The position numbers were made by a program, and so were the translations under genes. The notes under the pieces are model-generated. The model had not been told where the DNA came from, searched no databases, and saw only the letters and a list, made by a program, of their open reading frames with translations. From Sphyrna mokarran (taxonomy: Eukaryota), in the NCBI GenBank assembly GCA_024679065.1, contig JAGIQG010000013.1, forward strand, positions 50,344,001 through 50,408,000: a DNA stretch of 64,000 nucleotides, read 5' to 3'. Positions 26,471 to 38,483 of the stretch are shown piece by piece (within the stretch, counting starts at the first letter, position 1; every line of letters begins with the position of its first letter).

Positions 26471-27984
26471 ATCATATCCTATGAAAGAAAAAGAAGCAAG
26501 TTGTAACATTGCTTGTGTTTACATCTCAATAAAACTGATGTGAAAATTCTGTAAGTCAATAAAAAAAGTCTTTGTTAATTTTTTGCCATTTTATGTTCTA
26601 TACTTAGACCTCTGCTTTAACTGCTAACACACTTCAATGATATTATTTCAGTATATTTTTTTAAATTTTTGTGCTGAATTTTTAAGTGGGTCGCAGAGAT
26701 TAGAGAAAATGTATGTTGTTTTATGTCTCATGTGAATGCTGCAAATGGCATATGATTCAAAACAAATTTGATGTGTTTTTTCTAGTGTATATGTGAGCCT
26801 ATAAATTAGGTGGTGCTACATTTACTTCTCAGGAAGGACACAGGTGCTGTAGAACCCAGAGTGGCATGTTGAGTGCTTGTATTCTTTACACCTCAGGCTA
26901 CCACTGCATGCCATGTTGGTAAGGATTCCTGCCTGAAGCTTATAATGAAGGCTTTCTTTGCCTAGTAAGGGCCTTAGAAGGGCCTGGATTGTTTGTAGAT
27001 TTCATATAGCAACTATTCTTATACATCAGTTTCCTCAGTTGCACAGCAGCCAAATCGACGGCAGTGACATTTATGGCCAGAGGTTGCCAAACAAAGGTAA
27101 GCTTCAGGTTTTTTCACTTGCTTTAATAATTTTTTAAAGAAAAAGTAAGAGTTAATGGCCACCACTTGGCCCTCCCCTAATTTCATCGCTGACTCAGACA
27201 CGATGGGCTGAATGGCCTCCATCCACACTGTAATCACCTGAGACATTACACTGGCATCTGGGCATGCTGGCTTCATGTGTTCACTGCAACTCACAAACTG
27301 CCTGCGGGACTGGAAATGAATCCCACATCTCAGCAATCTTTTCTGATGAGAAGCTCTGTAATGTTCCACGTTATAAAGACTCATGTATTCAAAAAGCTCT
27401 GTTGAAGTTTATGGGAATTCATAGGTGGAAGGAGCAGCTCTTATCACAAAAAGGGCTGATGTGACAGATCCTGAACTATCCATCTTATGCTCTGAAAACA
27501 ATATCACACATTTTTATTAAATACATTTATGAAAATAAACTTTCCTTTTGTACTGTTGGCTTCATGTGGCACGTACATGCGGTCATGCATAGCGCCAGGC
27601 GTGATTCCTTTCTGAGCTGTGCCATGCTGATGTGAGATCAGTAAAATGGTGTGACAAATATTTGTGCTTAGCGAAAACACACAATACAAAATCACACTTG
27701 TAAAGATATTTCGATGATGACTCTGACCTGCTGGCCTCTAATTAGCACCCAAATTCTAACTAAAATTATGACAGATTACACTAACTAGCCTGTAGTTTTT
27801 TGCTTTCAGTCTCCCTGCTTTCCGTCTCCTTCTCTTGAATGAAGGAGTCACACTTGCTATTTTCCAATTTGTTGGAACTTTTCCAGAATCTGGGGAGTTT
27901 TGGAAAATTATAACAAATGCGCCTACTACCTTAGCAGCCTCTTCTTTTAAGACTCCAGGATGAAGGGCCTGGGAACTTGTTACA

Positions 27985-29400
27985 CTTTTTCAAGGAGGCT
28001 TTGAGGATGTCTTTGAAATGTTTACTCTGGGGCTAGCTTGCTGTTTCAAAGTTCAGAGTAGACTGTTTCAGGAGTCTTGTGTCAGGCATGCAGACAATAT
28101 AGCCAGCTCAGTGGAGCTGATCAAGTGTGGTCAAAGCTTCAATGCTGGGAATGTTGGCCTGAATGAGAACACTAATATTGGTGTGTCTATCCTGTCAATG
28201 GATTTGTAGGATCTTGCAGACACATCGCTGGTTTTGAGATACATAGTCCTTAATCTCTGAGCTGTATAGGAGGGTGAGTATTGCCACTGCCTATTGACTG
28301 TGAGCTTGGTGCTAGGTCTGAGGTGCTGGTCTTCAAATATTCTCTTCCTCAGACAATAAAAGGCTGTGCAGGCACACTGAAGATGGTTTTGAACAATATT
28401 ATCGTGTCTGCCGTTGTTGATGGTAGACTCCAAGATATTGTCCCAAGAGCTTGTAATGCTTTTTGATAACTGAGGGACAGTACTGTGTAGTAGGGGCGGT
28501 TTAATGAAAGACCTTCGTCCAGTACATATTTAATGTAAGGCCCATGCTCTCATATGCCTCAGTGATGGTGTTGACAATGGCTTGAAGCTCAGTCTCAGAA
28601 TGTATGCAGATACAAGTATCATCTGCATGCAGTAGTTCAATGACAGAGATTGAGATGACCTTGGATCTGGCCTGCAGGTAGGTGGAGGTTTAACAAATTC
28701 CTGTTTGTTCTATAGTTCAGCTCCATTCTAGTGGGGAGCTTGCTGAGGGTAAGATAGAGCATTGCAGCAAGGAAGATAGAGAAGCCTGTCAATGTGATGA
28801 TACAGACATGTTTGACCCCAGTCTGAACATGAGTTGGATCTGTGTTGGATCCATTGGTCATGTCATCATGGAGCAGCCAGAGGATGTAACAATCTTTTGT
28901 GCGCAGCAGAAATGGAGGAGGATGTTCCATAATCCCTTATGGTTAAGAGTGTTGAAGAGATTTGCAAGATCAAAGAAGGCCACGTACAAGGATTGGTGCT
29001 GATCCCTGCATTTCTCTTGCAGTTGTAATGTGGTGAAGATCATGTTTTTGTGCTCTTAATGACTAGAATCCACATTGTAGAGAAACACATCAGCCACAGG
29101 GGAGAAGGTGATTAAGGAGAACTCTTGTAATGTCCTTTTCTGGCTGACAACAGAGAAATCTCTCTGTCAGCTTCCTTGAAAATGATCACGATTACAGTGT
29201 CTCTAAGGCCTCCTGGCAGGTTCGCCTCATTCCAGATTGAGGAAATTAGGTCATGTGTTTGAGCCAATTGTGATTCTCAATATCTGCCACATGTTAATGC
29301 TTTAGCAGGGATTCCATCTGCTCCTGATGTCTTGTTCTTTAGTTGTCGGATGGCCCTTTCTACCTGCTAGGTTGGGGTTGTGCTGAGATGGTAGTGGGTA
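27985..29400 (-). mobile_element. RTE-clade LINE, decayed RT
   Basis: MIFTTLQLQEKCRDQHQSLYVAFFDL (ORF 28858-29043), TGVKH.C, AFYCLRKRIFEDQHLRPSTKL. Confidence 0.9.
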
Positions 29401-29444
29401 GTGTGTTGTGGGATGAAGTAGAGAACATTCGTAATGAAGACAAA

Positions 29445-30680
29445 AGGCGGAATATTCCCAAAAAATAACTGAAGTATCTTAACGACGAGAACAGTGGAGC
29501 GATTTGAATCGGTCTCTCAGGCACATTCTGCACTGCAGTCACTTTTTTGGACCTTGATGTGGTGCATGCCAGTGCTGGGTAGAGGGAATGGTGTAGGGCC
29601 TAAATACCTCGGTGAGCCGGTTTCAGAGCACTCGGGCACTGTTGCGTAAGTTGCCCCGATCCTGATGTCCATGGCAGTTGGGAGGTGGTCTCCCAGTGCC
29701 TGTTTTTGGCTGCGAAGGCTTGGTAAAGTCGGGTGTGAGGCGATAGCACGATCCCACCCGGCTCATGCATCAGTTAGGTAGGTTAGGTAGGTTACACTTC
29801 TGACAGGAAACCTCCAGCACAGGACAGTGAGCCACTGAAAAACTAATTGAATATAGGCATAAAAAAGCTTTGAAACCTTTAAAAAAGGGCCATTGTGCTC
29901 CATGAAGTATTTGATCATTTCAGTCTTACTTCTCTTTAAGATATCAAATCTCATCAGTTAGGTTACCAAGGTCTGAAAATGTCCGGCGTTGGAACTGTGC
30001 CAGAAATGGGCATGATGTCAGTTTCAATTTGCATGCATTTAAATTTAATGGGCTGCACACCCAGACTTACTGACACTGCATTCGTCTGTCCAGATTCAGC
30101 GCGAAAGTCTGATTCTGAGGATTAAGTTCTGAGCTTTCAGCAGCTCTCTGACTTGGTGGGGGAAAAGGGTGGGAAGTGAGTCCACTGGGCTCCACTCAGA
30201 TTGGTGGTGAGGGGGTGGGGGGGGTGGGGGGGTGGAGGCAGGTCAGGTGGCTCCAACTCAGATTGGTGGAGTTGGGGGGGGGGGGGGGGGGTTCTGCTGC
30301 CATCTGTGTGATTGGTCAGGGGGAGGGGGTAGGGAGCCATGAGCGGTCTGGGTAGCAGAAGGTGGGGGATAAGGGAGTCAATAATGTTTTTGTGGGAGGG
30401 CAATGTCTGGAGGCCGGGGGAATCATTATCCTGATGTGTTGGATGTGATAGGGGAGTATTTTTCCAATTTTTTTTCTGTGCATGCGCAGTTGGAGGCGCT
30501 GGTCAGGGCTGCAGTGTTTCAGGCACATTAAACCTTACCCGTAGGCTTCTGCAGCACGATTTAGAATTGCTGCTATTTTTTCAGAATGTGTATGGGAGCA
30601 CTAGAGAATGGCTCTAAAAGTCAGATCTGAAACACTCCCAGTTTCAAGTCCACTTCAAATCAAAATGGGAAAATCCACCC
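29445..30680. mobile_element. GC-rich MITE-like element carrying the templated insertion
   Basis: Termini aggcggaatattccca ... tgggaaaatccaccc; internal G-runs at 30211-30292. Confidence 0.6.
29794..29951 (-). repeat. Inverted templated copy of 24616-24773
   Basis: One mismatch; flanked by CATCAGTTAGGT(AGGTTAGGT)AGGTTAC (29768-29795) and CATCAGTTAGGTTAC (29952-29966). Confidence 0.97.
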
Positions 30681-30683
30681 TAA

Positions 30684-30830
30684 GTGGCAATTTTCAATAT
30701 GGCCAATCAACCTGACCCACGTATCTTTGGACTGTGGGCGAAAACAGGAGCACCTGGAGGAAACCCCTTAGACATGGGGAGAATGTGCAAACTCTACGCA
30801 AACAGTGACCCAAGCCAGAAATGGAATCGC
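30684..30830 (-). mobile_element. V-SINE fragment
   Basis: atggccaatcaacctg...ggagcacctggaggaaacc...gaatgtgcaaactc. Confidence 0.85.
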
Positions 30831-30949
30831 TGTGCTGCTCCCTCCCCCTCCACAAACCCTGTTTGCAGGTTGCTTAGCTCTGTTTATACCATTCTGCCTC
30901 CACTGTTTAAAGTACCTGTTTTCCTGTGTTTAATTTTCACTAAGTTGAC

Positions 30950-31960
30950 CCTCTGGCATGCTCTTTTACAATTCTCACTGAACCAGGATTGATCCTCTGT
31001 CTTGATAATGGTGGAGTGAGGGATAGGCTGGACCCTGAGGTTATAGTTTGTGGTGAATACAACTCAGCAGCTGATGATAATCCACAGTGCCTTGTGGATG
31101 CATAGTTCTGAGCTGCTAAAACTGTTCTTAAACATTCTGTTCAGCACAGTGATAATACCACAATCTATTTGAAGGTGTCCTTAGTATAGAGATAGAACTT
31201 AATTGCCATAGTATTGTGTGATAATTGTATCATTGCTGGTATGGGTAGTTATATCTAAGACAGCTACATTGGCCACAATAATGTGTAATAGGTTTTTTTC
31301 TCACGTGTGGGTCTCTTCACTGCCTGTTGCAGGCCCAGTCTGAAAGCTTTATCTTCCAAAGTTGGGTCAGTGGTTACACTGAACCAGTCTTGATGACACC
31401 TTTTTACATTAAGCTAATACTTTGTTCCCTGCTCTTGTTTCTCTCAGTGCTTGTTCTAAATGATGCTTAATTTGGATGAGTACTGAATATCAGCTGAGGG
31501 GAGGCAGTATATAATAATCACCAGCAAATTTCCTTACAATACTTGACTTGATTCACAAAATTTCATGAGGTTCAGTGTCAATGTTGAAGGATTCCAGAAC
31601 TTTACACTGGTGTGAATGCCCTGCAAGTGGAATAGAATGTACCCAGGAAAGATGATGGAGAGGTCTGGTATGTTGGCTGTGTGCCATACACAGTGACTAA
31701 TACCCATGCCAAGTTCTTGCTTGGCTAATCTGTTGGACAACGCTCCTAATTTTAGCAAAAATCCGCAGATGTTAGTGAAGGGAGCTTTGCAAGGTAGTTG
31801 ATGTTTGATGTGCTTTAGTCCTGTCTCAATCCCACATCCAGGATGAAGTCAAATGGCTGTTGATTTTTATTGTACTACATTGTAGTGATACCTGAGTGGC
31901 TTGCTGAGACTTTTTATGGAAGTTGAAGATTCAATTGCATTGTTGCAGGTATGAGTCTAC
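30950..31960 (-). mobile_element. Family B LINE, 5' region (endonuclease plus part of the SINE-like head)
   Basis: LKLGALSNRLAKQE...IIFPGYILFHLQ (ORF 31534-31758); continues into ctgagtggcttgct...cattgttgcaggtatgagtc head sequence. Confidence 0.8.
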
Positions 31961-32559
31961 CTATCTACATAAAAGTTTCCAAATTTATGGGCGATGTGAA
32001 AGATTTTTATTAAAGATGCTGGCAGCACAATGCAACAAAATATGAGAAAAAATTTCAATTCCTGTTTACAGCCTCAAATAAAATGTACAGAAGCAATAAA
32101 CTTTGATGTCTAAGTGTGTGCAAAGTGTGGCAAAATCACAAGCAGGTTTGTTATGAGATAATTTATGATTAAAAAAGCCTTTTGTATGATTGGCCAAAAT
32201 GCTGCTTATATGCCTTTTATAATTGGAAGTTATTGTTTTCAGTAATTGCTACATATACCTCACAGTATCACTTGCACCAAGACTATTCAGTGTCTTGTTT
32301 TTAAGATCAGCAAATCATTCTTATGGAATGGAGTGTTGAGTATGAGATTGAGGATATTTATACTGTTGGGTTTTCATAGATAACCAGGAATTGAGGGGCG
32401 GTGTCCCAAAGTTAGGAATATTTTTAGTATGTCATATCGACAGTTAATTGTTCTGACAAGCAGAAAAATTTCAAATTATTATCCACTAAGCACATTAAAA
32501 TGATTCTGCAGATGTTTGATATAGGCCAAGGGGAAGATGCAATTTGTTGCTCATCTGTA

Positions 32560-33093
32560 CTTGGAGTATTGTGTGCAGTTCTGGTCCCCACATTATAAGA
32601 AAGATGTGGAGGCATTGGAGAGGGTACAGAGGAGGTTTACCAGGATGTTGCCTGGTATGGAGGGCAGGTCCTATGAAGAGAGGTTGAAGGATTTGAGGTT
32701 GTTTTCGTTAGAAAGGAGGCGGCTAAGAGGGGATCTTATTGAAGCATATAAGATGATTAGAGGTTTAGATAGGGTGGACAGTGATAGCCTTTTTCCTAGG
32801 ATGGAGAAAGCTAGCACGAGGGGACACAGCTTTAAATTAAGGGGTATGAGTTATAGGACGGATATCAGAGGTAGGTTCTTTACTCAAAGAGTGATTAGGG
32901 AGTGGAATGCCCTGCCTGCAGCTGTTGTAGATGCGCCAAGTTTGGTGGCGTTTAAGAGGTTAATTGATAAGTATATGGAAGAGAAGGGAATGGTTTAGTT
33001 TGGAGGGGCATTGCTTTTTATTTTGGTCGGCACAACATCGAAGGCCGAAGGGCCTGTTCTGTGCTGTAATGTTCTATGTTCTATGTTCTATGT
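32560..33093 (+). mobile_element. Young 5'-truncated CR1 LINE with open ORF2 C-terminus
   Basis: ORF 32537-32998 LEYCVQFWSPHYKKDVEALERVQRRFTRMLPG...WNALP...FKRLID; (TTCTATG)3 tail. Confidence 0.96.
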
Positions 33094-33221
33094 ATTACAT
33101 GACATGTACTTAGTAAAATAGTGTTTTCTCTATCAGTTTAATTGTTGTATGCTAAATTGATTTATTTTAAATATAAAAGGTCTCCTGCATTCTTTTCCCT
33201 CCATCCTATCATTTACTTGTT

Positions 33222-33470
33222 CTCACTGTTGCTTCACAGTGCCTGCGACCCAGGTTGGATTCCCAACTTGGACCATTACCTGTGCGGAGTTTGCATGTTC
33301 TTCCTGTGTCCATGTAGGTTTCCCTCAGGTGCTTAAGTATTCTCTTACACTCCGAAGATGTATAGGTTAAGTGGATTGGCCATGATAAATTCTTCCTCAG
33401 TTATCTTTCCACAGTAACTTCATTACATTACTAATGTAAGCCTGCTTGGGACACTAATTAGTAAATAAAG
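33222..33470 (+). mobile_element. V-SINE with non-CR1 tail
   Basis: V-domain followed by cacagtaacttcattac...taatgtaagcctgcttgggacactaat. Confidence 0.85.
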
Positions 33471-34939
33471 AAATAAATGGTCGAAGAAGTCACCTTTGTA
33501 CTGTCACTTAAAGTCTTTGCTTCATGCCAAACCCCAAAACCATTCAGATAAATGAGGTTGCCTCTACACCCTCGCTCCACCAATTAGTGTTCCCACACCA
33601 ATCCAATACATACTACCCAAACCCACCCAACATTATCCTGCCCATCACAACATAAAATACATACAAATAAAAAGTCATTCTGTACCACCAGCTCCAGGAG
33701 CCCCCTACCTCTGCCCCCTCCCACCTTAACAGAAATACACAGGGGAAGCAAAACTGCCAACACATGGGAAAGTAGCAAACTATCCTTCAACCTACAGTAT
33801 ACCCACCAATATTCTGATCAGGAAACCCCCAGGGCCTTTTCCCCCCACCATCTAAGCTCCCCCCTCCCTTCCATAGCCCATCTGCTATTCCCAAAAAAAA
33901 AGGAGTCGGACTCAGCAATGGACATACAACCTTCCCAGCCAGGAAACATCCCCAAAAAGAGCTCTCCAACGTACACACTACCTTTACATCCAATCCAACC
34001 CCAGAGACACATAAACCCCCAATCTGACAGCACCCTCCCTTGACATACATCACCTCAACAACCACTTCCCCAACCCACCTAAAATGTGGCAGAACCAGAC
34101 CATCACTCTGTTTTTCCCTCCCACCTCCCTTCCATCCCACATCCTTCGCCTTTCTTTCCTCCCAAATGAGGCTATCCTTCTATTCATCGCTCCACACTGA
34201 AGGAAAAAAACAACAGGAGTAATAGTAAATGAAAAAATAGAAAAGGCCGAGGAAACAAGAAGGAAACAAACCAAAATATCAGGGCAAGGCATCCATCACA
34301 GGGGGCAACAAAAGCTGGATGTCAGCTGAAAGAAAAGTAGCAGAGCACAAAAACTCCTCTCTTTGTCTGACCTCCAAAACCTCTCATCCAGTGTTAAATG
34401 TGAAACAGAATCATCTGGATTCTGCTCATCTGGATCACTAGTAAATGATGCTAATTTTGTTGAGTTGACATTCCAGTTTTCTGTGCATGATTTAACTTTA
34501 ATAATTATATTGTTTTGAAGTATTAATAAATGTTTCAATTGATGTAAATAAAATTAAATTATAATTCATATACCAACTAGTATGGATCACAAGTCAAATT
34601 TCATTTCTGTTTGTCAGTCAGACTTTGTTTTACTCTGTGGGATGTCCTATATTTAATCAGCATGAGATTTTTCATAATATTTATGGATGGTGTGTGAACT
34701 TCTTAAACAACTATGCTTCATTAAACAACTATGATTCCTGTTGTTTTATGCATGCTATTTGATTGAGCGATGTTTGAATGGATATGTTATGTCACAGTGA
34801 AGTACTCAGATATTTTGCATCAAACCGGCAGCATTCTGTCAGTGGAAACAGACTTTGAGGTTTAGCCATCTTTTAGCTTCATTGTTACGACTACATTGTT
34901 TTACTAGACTAGATAACCTGATGGATTAAAAGCTCAATA

Positions 34940-35048
34940 TTGCGAATGCTGGAATCTGAAACAGAAAAGGCTGGAAAATCTCAGCAGGTCTCGCAACTTC
35001 TGGGGAGAGAGAAACAGTTAGTGTTTTGAGTCTAGATGACTGCTTCAA
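34940..35048 (-). mobile_element. Penelope-like pLTR fragment
   Basis: gctggaaaatctcagcaggtc...gagagagaaacagttagtgttttgagtc; homologous to 5715-5823. Confidence 0.7.
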
Positions 35049-35845
35049 ACCTAATGGATTAACTTGAATGATGAGTTTTATTCTTTCAATTTTATAAAGT
35101 ACTAATGAGCCATAAACTATTAGTTTATCAATGTCATGCTTATTGTTTAAAATCATTTCATCATAGAATATTCTAGAAGAGAAGGAGGCCATTTGGCCCA
35201 GCATGTCCAGACTGATTCTCTACAGGAAAACAAGGAGTTAAGCTAGCCCAACTCTCCTGTCTTTTTCCCATAACCCTGCATTTTTTTTTCCTTTTTGGGT
35301 GCTTAAAGTGGCTGTGATATTCCACCTAAAATAGAGTGTCTAAAGCTGGACACAGTATTGTCGCTGCAGCATAAAAGTCTATTTATATGGCATAAACCAA
35401 AAAAACCATCCATGGTAATTTGCTTTTAGATTGCTTAAACATTTTTTTACCCCAGATTCCAAACAGAGAATTCCATACATCGCTTTTACAACTTTATTGA
35501 CATGTCTGACATCTACCAATTTGTTGTTCATTTTGTTTCTATGCCTTCACCAAATATGCATTTTGTATCTATTTCCTCTATCTATTCTTCCTCCCAAATT
35601 GTTCACAATTTATTATTGCACGTAATTTAGTTTATCTAATAGCTCCACTTTCTTTTCAGCACCTTTCCATTCCCGATATCACTCTTGAAAACAATACAAC
35701 GTACTTAGTGTTTCCACAATTTCTTCATCGACACAGAATACTTGACACAATTATATTTAAATTTAATTTCTCATTGTCTTAAATTGGGAAGTTGATCATT
35801 GTAGGTATCAGAAGTGATCTGTGGTTCCACACTATATTTCATGGT

Positions 35846-36313
35846 GGAATTTGGTAAACTCTGGAAACTGATGTCGAGATTAGCCTTAGGATCTGTTACC
35901 AAGTTAAGTGCATGGTCAGTGACATGAAGTCAGATAAAGAGACTGCCCTGTTTATAACCTGATGTTGTGAGACTTCTTACTGTGTGAACTACCGCAGTCA
36001 TTGCCGTCAACCTGCATCATACTATAGTCAACTGACCTCACTATTTCACTGCTGCTGCTATAAATCCAAAAGTACTGTTTTTCTTTCACTGCAGTGGCTA
36101 ATCTGGAATGTATTGCCAGAAAGGGTGGCAGAAGCAACCAAGTTGGATATCAGTTATCAGACCATCCAGCACTTCAAAGGAGTGAATAGCAAGAAAGAGG
36201 TTTAATTGCTTTCAATGCAGGAGAGTTTATTTGGCACGATTGAAATAGACAACAGGAAGTGGGTGTTCATCCTTGAGTAGTTTTGCAACTCATCAAAAAG
36301 AAATCAGCGATGG
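35846..36313 (+). repeat. Left arm of about 470-bp inverted repeat
   Basis: Reverse-complement match (roughly 85% by eye) to 38016-38483; reflected in paired ORFs 35984-36205(+) and 38124-38345(-). Confidence 0.95.
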
Positions 36314-36454
36314 ATATATTTAATGGTGGAAATTGTGCTTATTTTAATTCAGTTTGAGAGCGCATTAAAATAGTACTGTGGAAATATTAGACAAGAATGT
36401 TTAAAAAAAATTGTATCGATTGTGAATCTCAATTTCAGAATTTCCAAAACAACT

Positions 36455-36712
36455 TAGAACCAATGCAATATCTTTGAAATGTAGCCAGTGATGTAACTGA
36501 GTAAGGATCCACAAATAGTAAATTGATAACCTGATAATTTTTTTTTTAATGATATTGGGTGGGCAGAACACTGGAGAGAACTCCCTTGCTTTTGAGAGGT
36601 ATGTCACATAATTGTTTACATCAATCTAAGAGAGTAGTTGGGGTCTCAATTTAATATCTCTTACAAACAAGGTAGCCCTGCCTCAGTTATCACTGGAGTA
36701 TTCATCCAGATT
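36455..36712 (-). mobile_element. Deu-SINE fragment
   Basis: tttgaaatgtagccagtg...ggatccacaaatag...gaacactggagagaactcccttgct. Confidence 0.7.
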
Positions 36713-37459
36713 GGCTGGAATCTTCCAGGTCCAAGGAGACAACTATGGAGCTGGGACCGCCAGAAAGTAGCAGAAAACCTCTTTGGGACACCTTCCTTTC
36801 CTGGTCCATCTCCATGCAAGTTCATCAGGTGCAGGTTGTCATGGGAATAAGCAACTAATCTCTGAAGCCAGACAGCTAATCAAAGCAAATAATGCAGCAA
36901 ACTCTGGAATTGTTGTGCAGTTCAGACAGGATCTGTTACATGAAACAGAATTAATGGCTCAGAACTTGTGGTTTCTGGATGTCCGAGAGCAATGTATCCC
37001 CCACCAAGATTCACTTCAGGACCCCTTAGGAGGCCCAACACATTCACTCCTTAGGAATTATCCAGGAAGTTCAATCTTCCATGCGTAATTCCCTTGTCTG
37101 AGCTCAAACAGAGATTTTGGATTGTTCCAACTTAAGTTCCTTGGATAGTTACCCATAAATGTTGGATAGAAAGATCAGAGTCTAACTCCGTGTAACTATA
37201 AAACTGATTCTCTGGCTGCATCCCCGCAACTCTCCTGATTAGCTCCCACCACCGACTTCTGCCCACGCCCCTCCCCACTCCCCCGCAAAACCATCCTGAT
37301 CCTTCCTGACTAGCAGCAACTTGGATTATATAGCAAGTTTGATGCAGTGAAATATCCCAACATTGACCAATGTTACAGGAGTGGCGATTTTAACCATGAT
37401 AATTAGTCATACTTTACAAAGAACTATGAGAGAGAGAGATTTGGGTATATAGTTTGAGG

Positions 37460-37592
37460 GGTATCACTCATTTCAAGTATAGGGTGAGATAAGGGTGCAG
37501 GCCTCCGTGAATTACACTGACCAGTATAGAGACTAAACCTACGATGTTGGCGCTATTCTGCACCACACTCTAACCAACTGCATTAACTAACA
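37460..37592 (-). mobile_element. tRNA-derived SINE head (family of 57833-58051)
   Basis: Reverse complement resembles cagttggtt...gtggtgcagaatagcgccaacatcgtaggttta...tcacggaggcc. Confidence 0.55.
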
Positions 37593-38015
37593 CAGTGCCA
37601 ATGATAGGATTTTATTTTTTCTCTCTGCACTTATTTATCATTGAAAATTAGCTAAGTGAATTGAAATTAAATATGGAGCTTTTAGCTGACTACTATTTGA
37701 AACTCTCAACAGTTTGATGATTTATGTCCCATATGCCATTGGACATAATTTCCCAAAATTATAATCAATAAAGTTTTCATAATAACATTCAGAGATAAAA
37801 ACAAATGAACAGAGAAGGAATAGCAGAATCTGAATATTATCATAAGCATCAGCAAGGAAGTAATTAAAATGGAGTGGCCCATTTCCTCCTGTTCTCCACT
37901 GCTCTGTGATTTTAATGCTTCTGTTTTTGGTGATGGATGAGTATAGATTTCACGCCACACTCTGGTGGACAAACATCACTAATAGGTTTTCAATTTCTGC
38001 AGACTGTTCAACCAC

Positions 38016-38483
38016 CCATCCCTGATTTCTTTTTGAGGAATTGCAAAACTACCCAGGGATGAACACCCACTTCCTGTTGTCTACTCCAATCGTGCCAAAT
38101 AGACTCTCCTGCATTGAGAGCAATTAAACCTCCTTCTTGCTATTCGCTTCTTTGAAATGCTGGATGGTCTGGTAACTGATATCCAGCTTGGTTGCTTCTG
38201 CCACCCTTTCTAGCAATACATTCCAGATTAACCACTGCAGTGAAAGAGAAACAGTACTTTTGGATTTATGGCAGCAGCAGTGAAACGGTGAGGTCAGTTG
38301 GTTAGTGTATAATGCAGGTAGATGGCAACGGCTGCAGTAGTTCACAGAGTAAGGAGTCTCACAACACCAGGTTACACACAGGTCAGTCTCTTCATCTTAT
38401 CGTATGTCACTGACCATGCACTTAACTTTGTAACAGATTCTAAGGCTAATCTCCACATCAGTTTCCAGAGTTTACCAAAATCC
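38016..38483 (-). repeat. Right arm of about 470-bp inverted repeat
   Basis: See 35846-36313. Confidence 0.95.

Noticed and set aside
29772-29795. TTAGG-like repeats as telomerase healing
   Set aside because: No TTAGGG unit is present, and the pattern is fully explained by re-copying of the local target sequence.
30211-30292. Long G-runs (and the C-run at 14461-14517) as regulatory G-quadruplexes
   Set aside because: Low-complexity tracts within or next to repeats, with homopolymer lengths prone to error and no evidence of function.
32537-32998. 153-aa ORF as a host gene
   Set aside because: It is the C-terminus of CR1 ORF2 in a 5'-truncated insertion with a (TTCTATG)n tail.
35984-38345. 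Two similar 73-aa ORFs on opposite strands as a paralogous gene pair
   Set aside because: They are a by-product of the inverted repeat. They start at non-ATG codons, include TE-derived snippets and show no recognisable domain.
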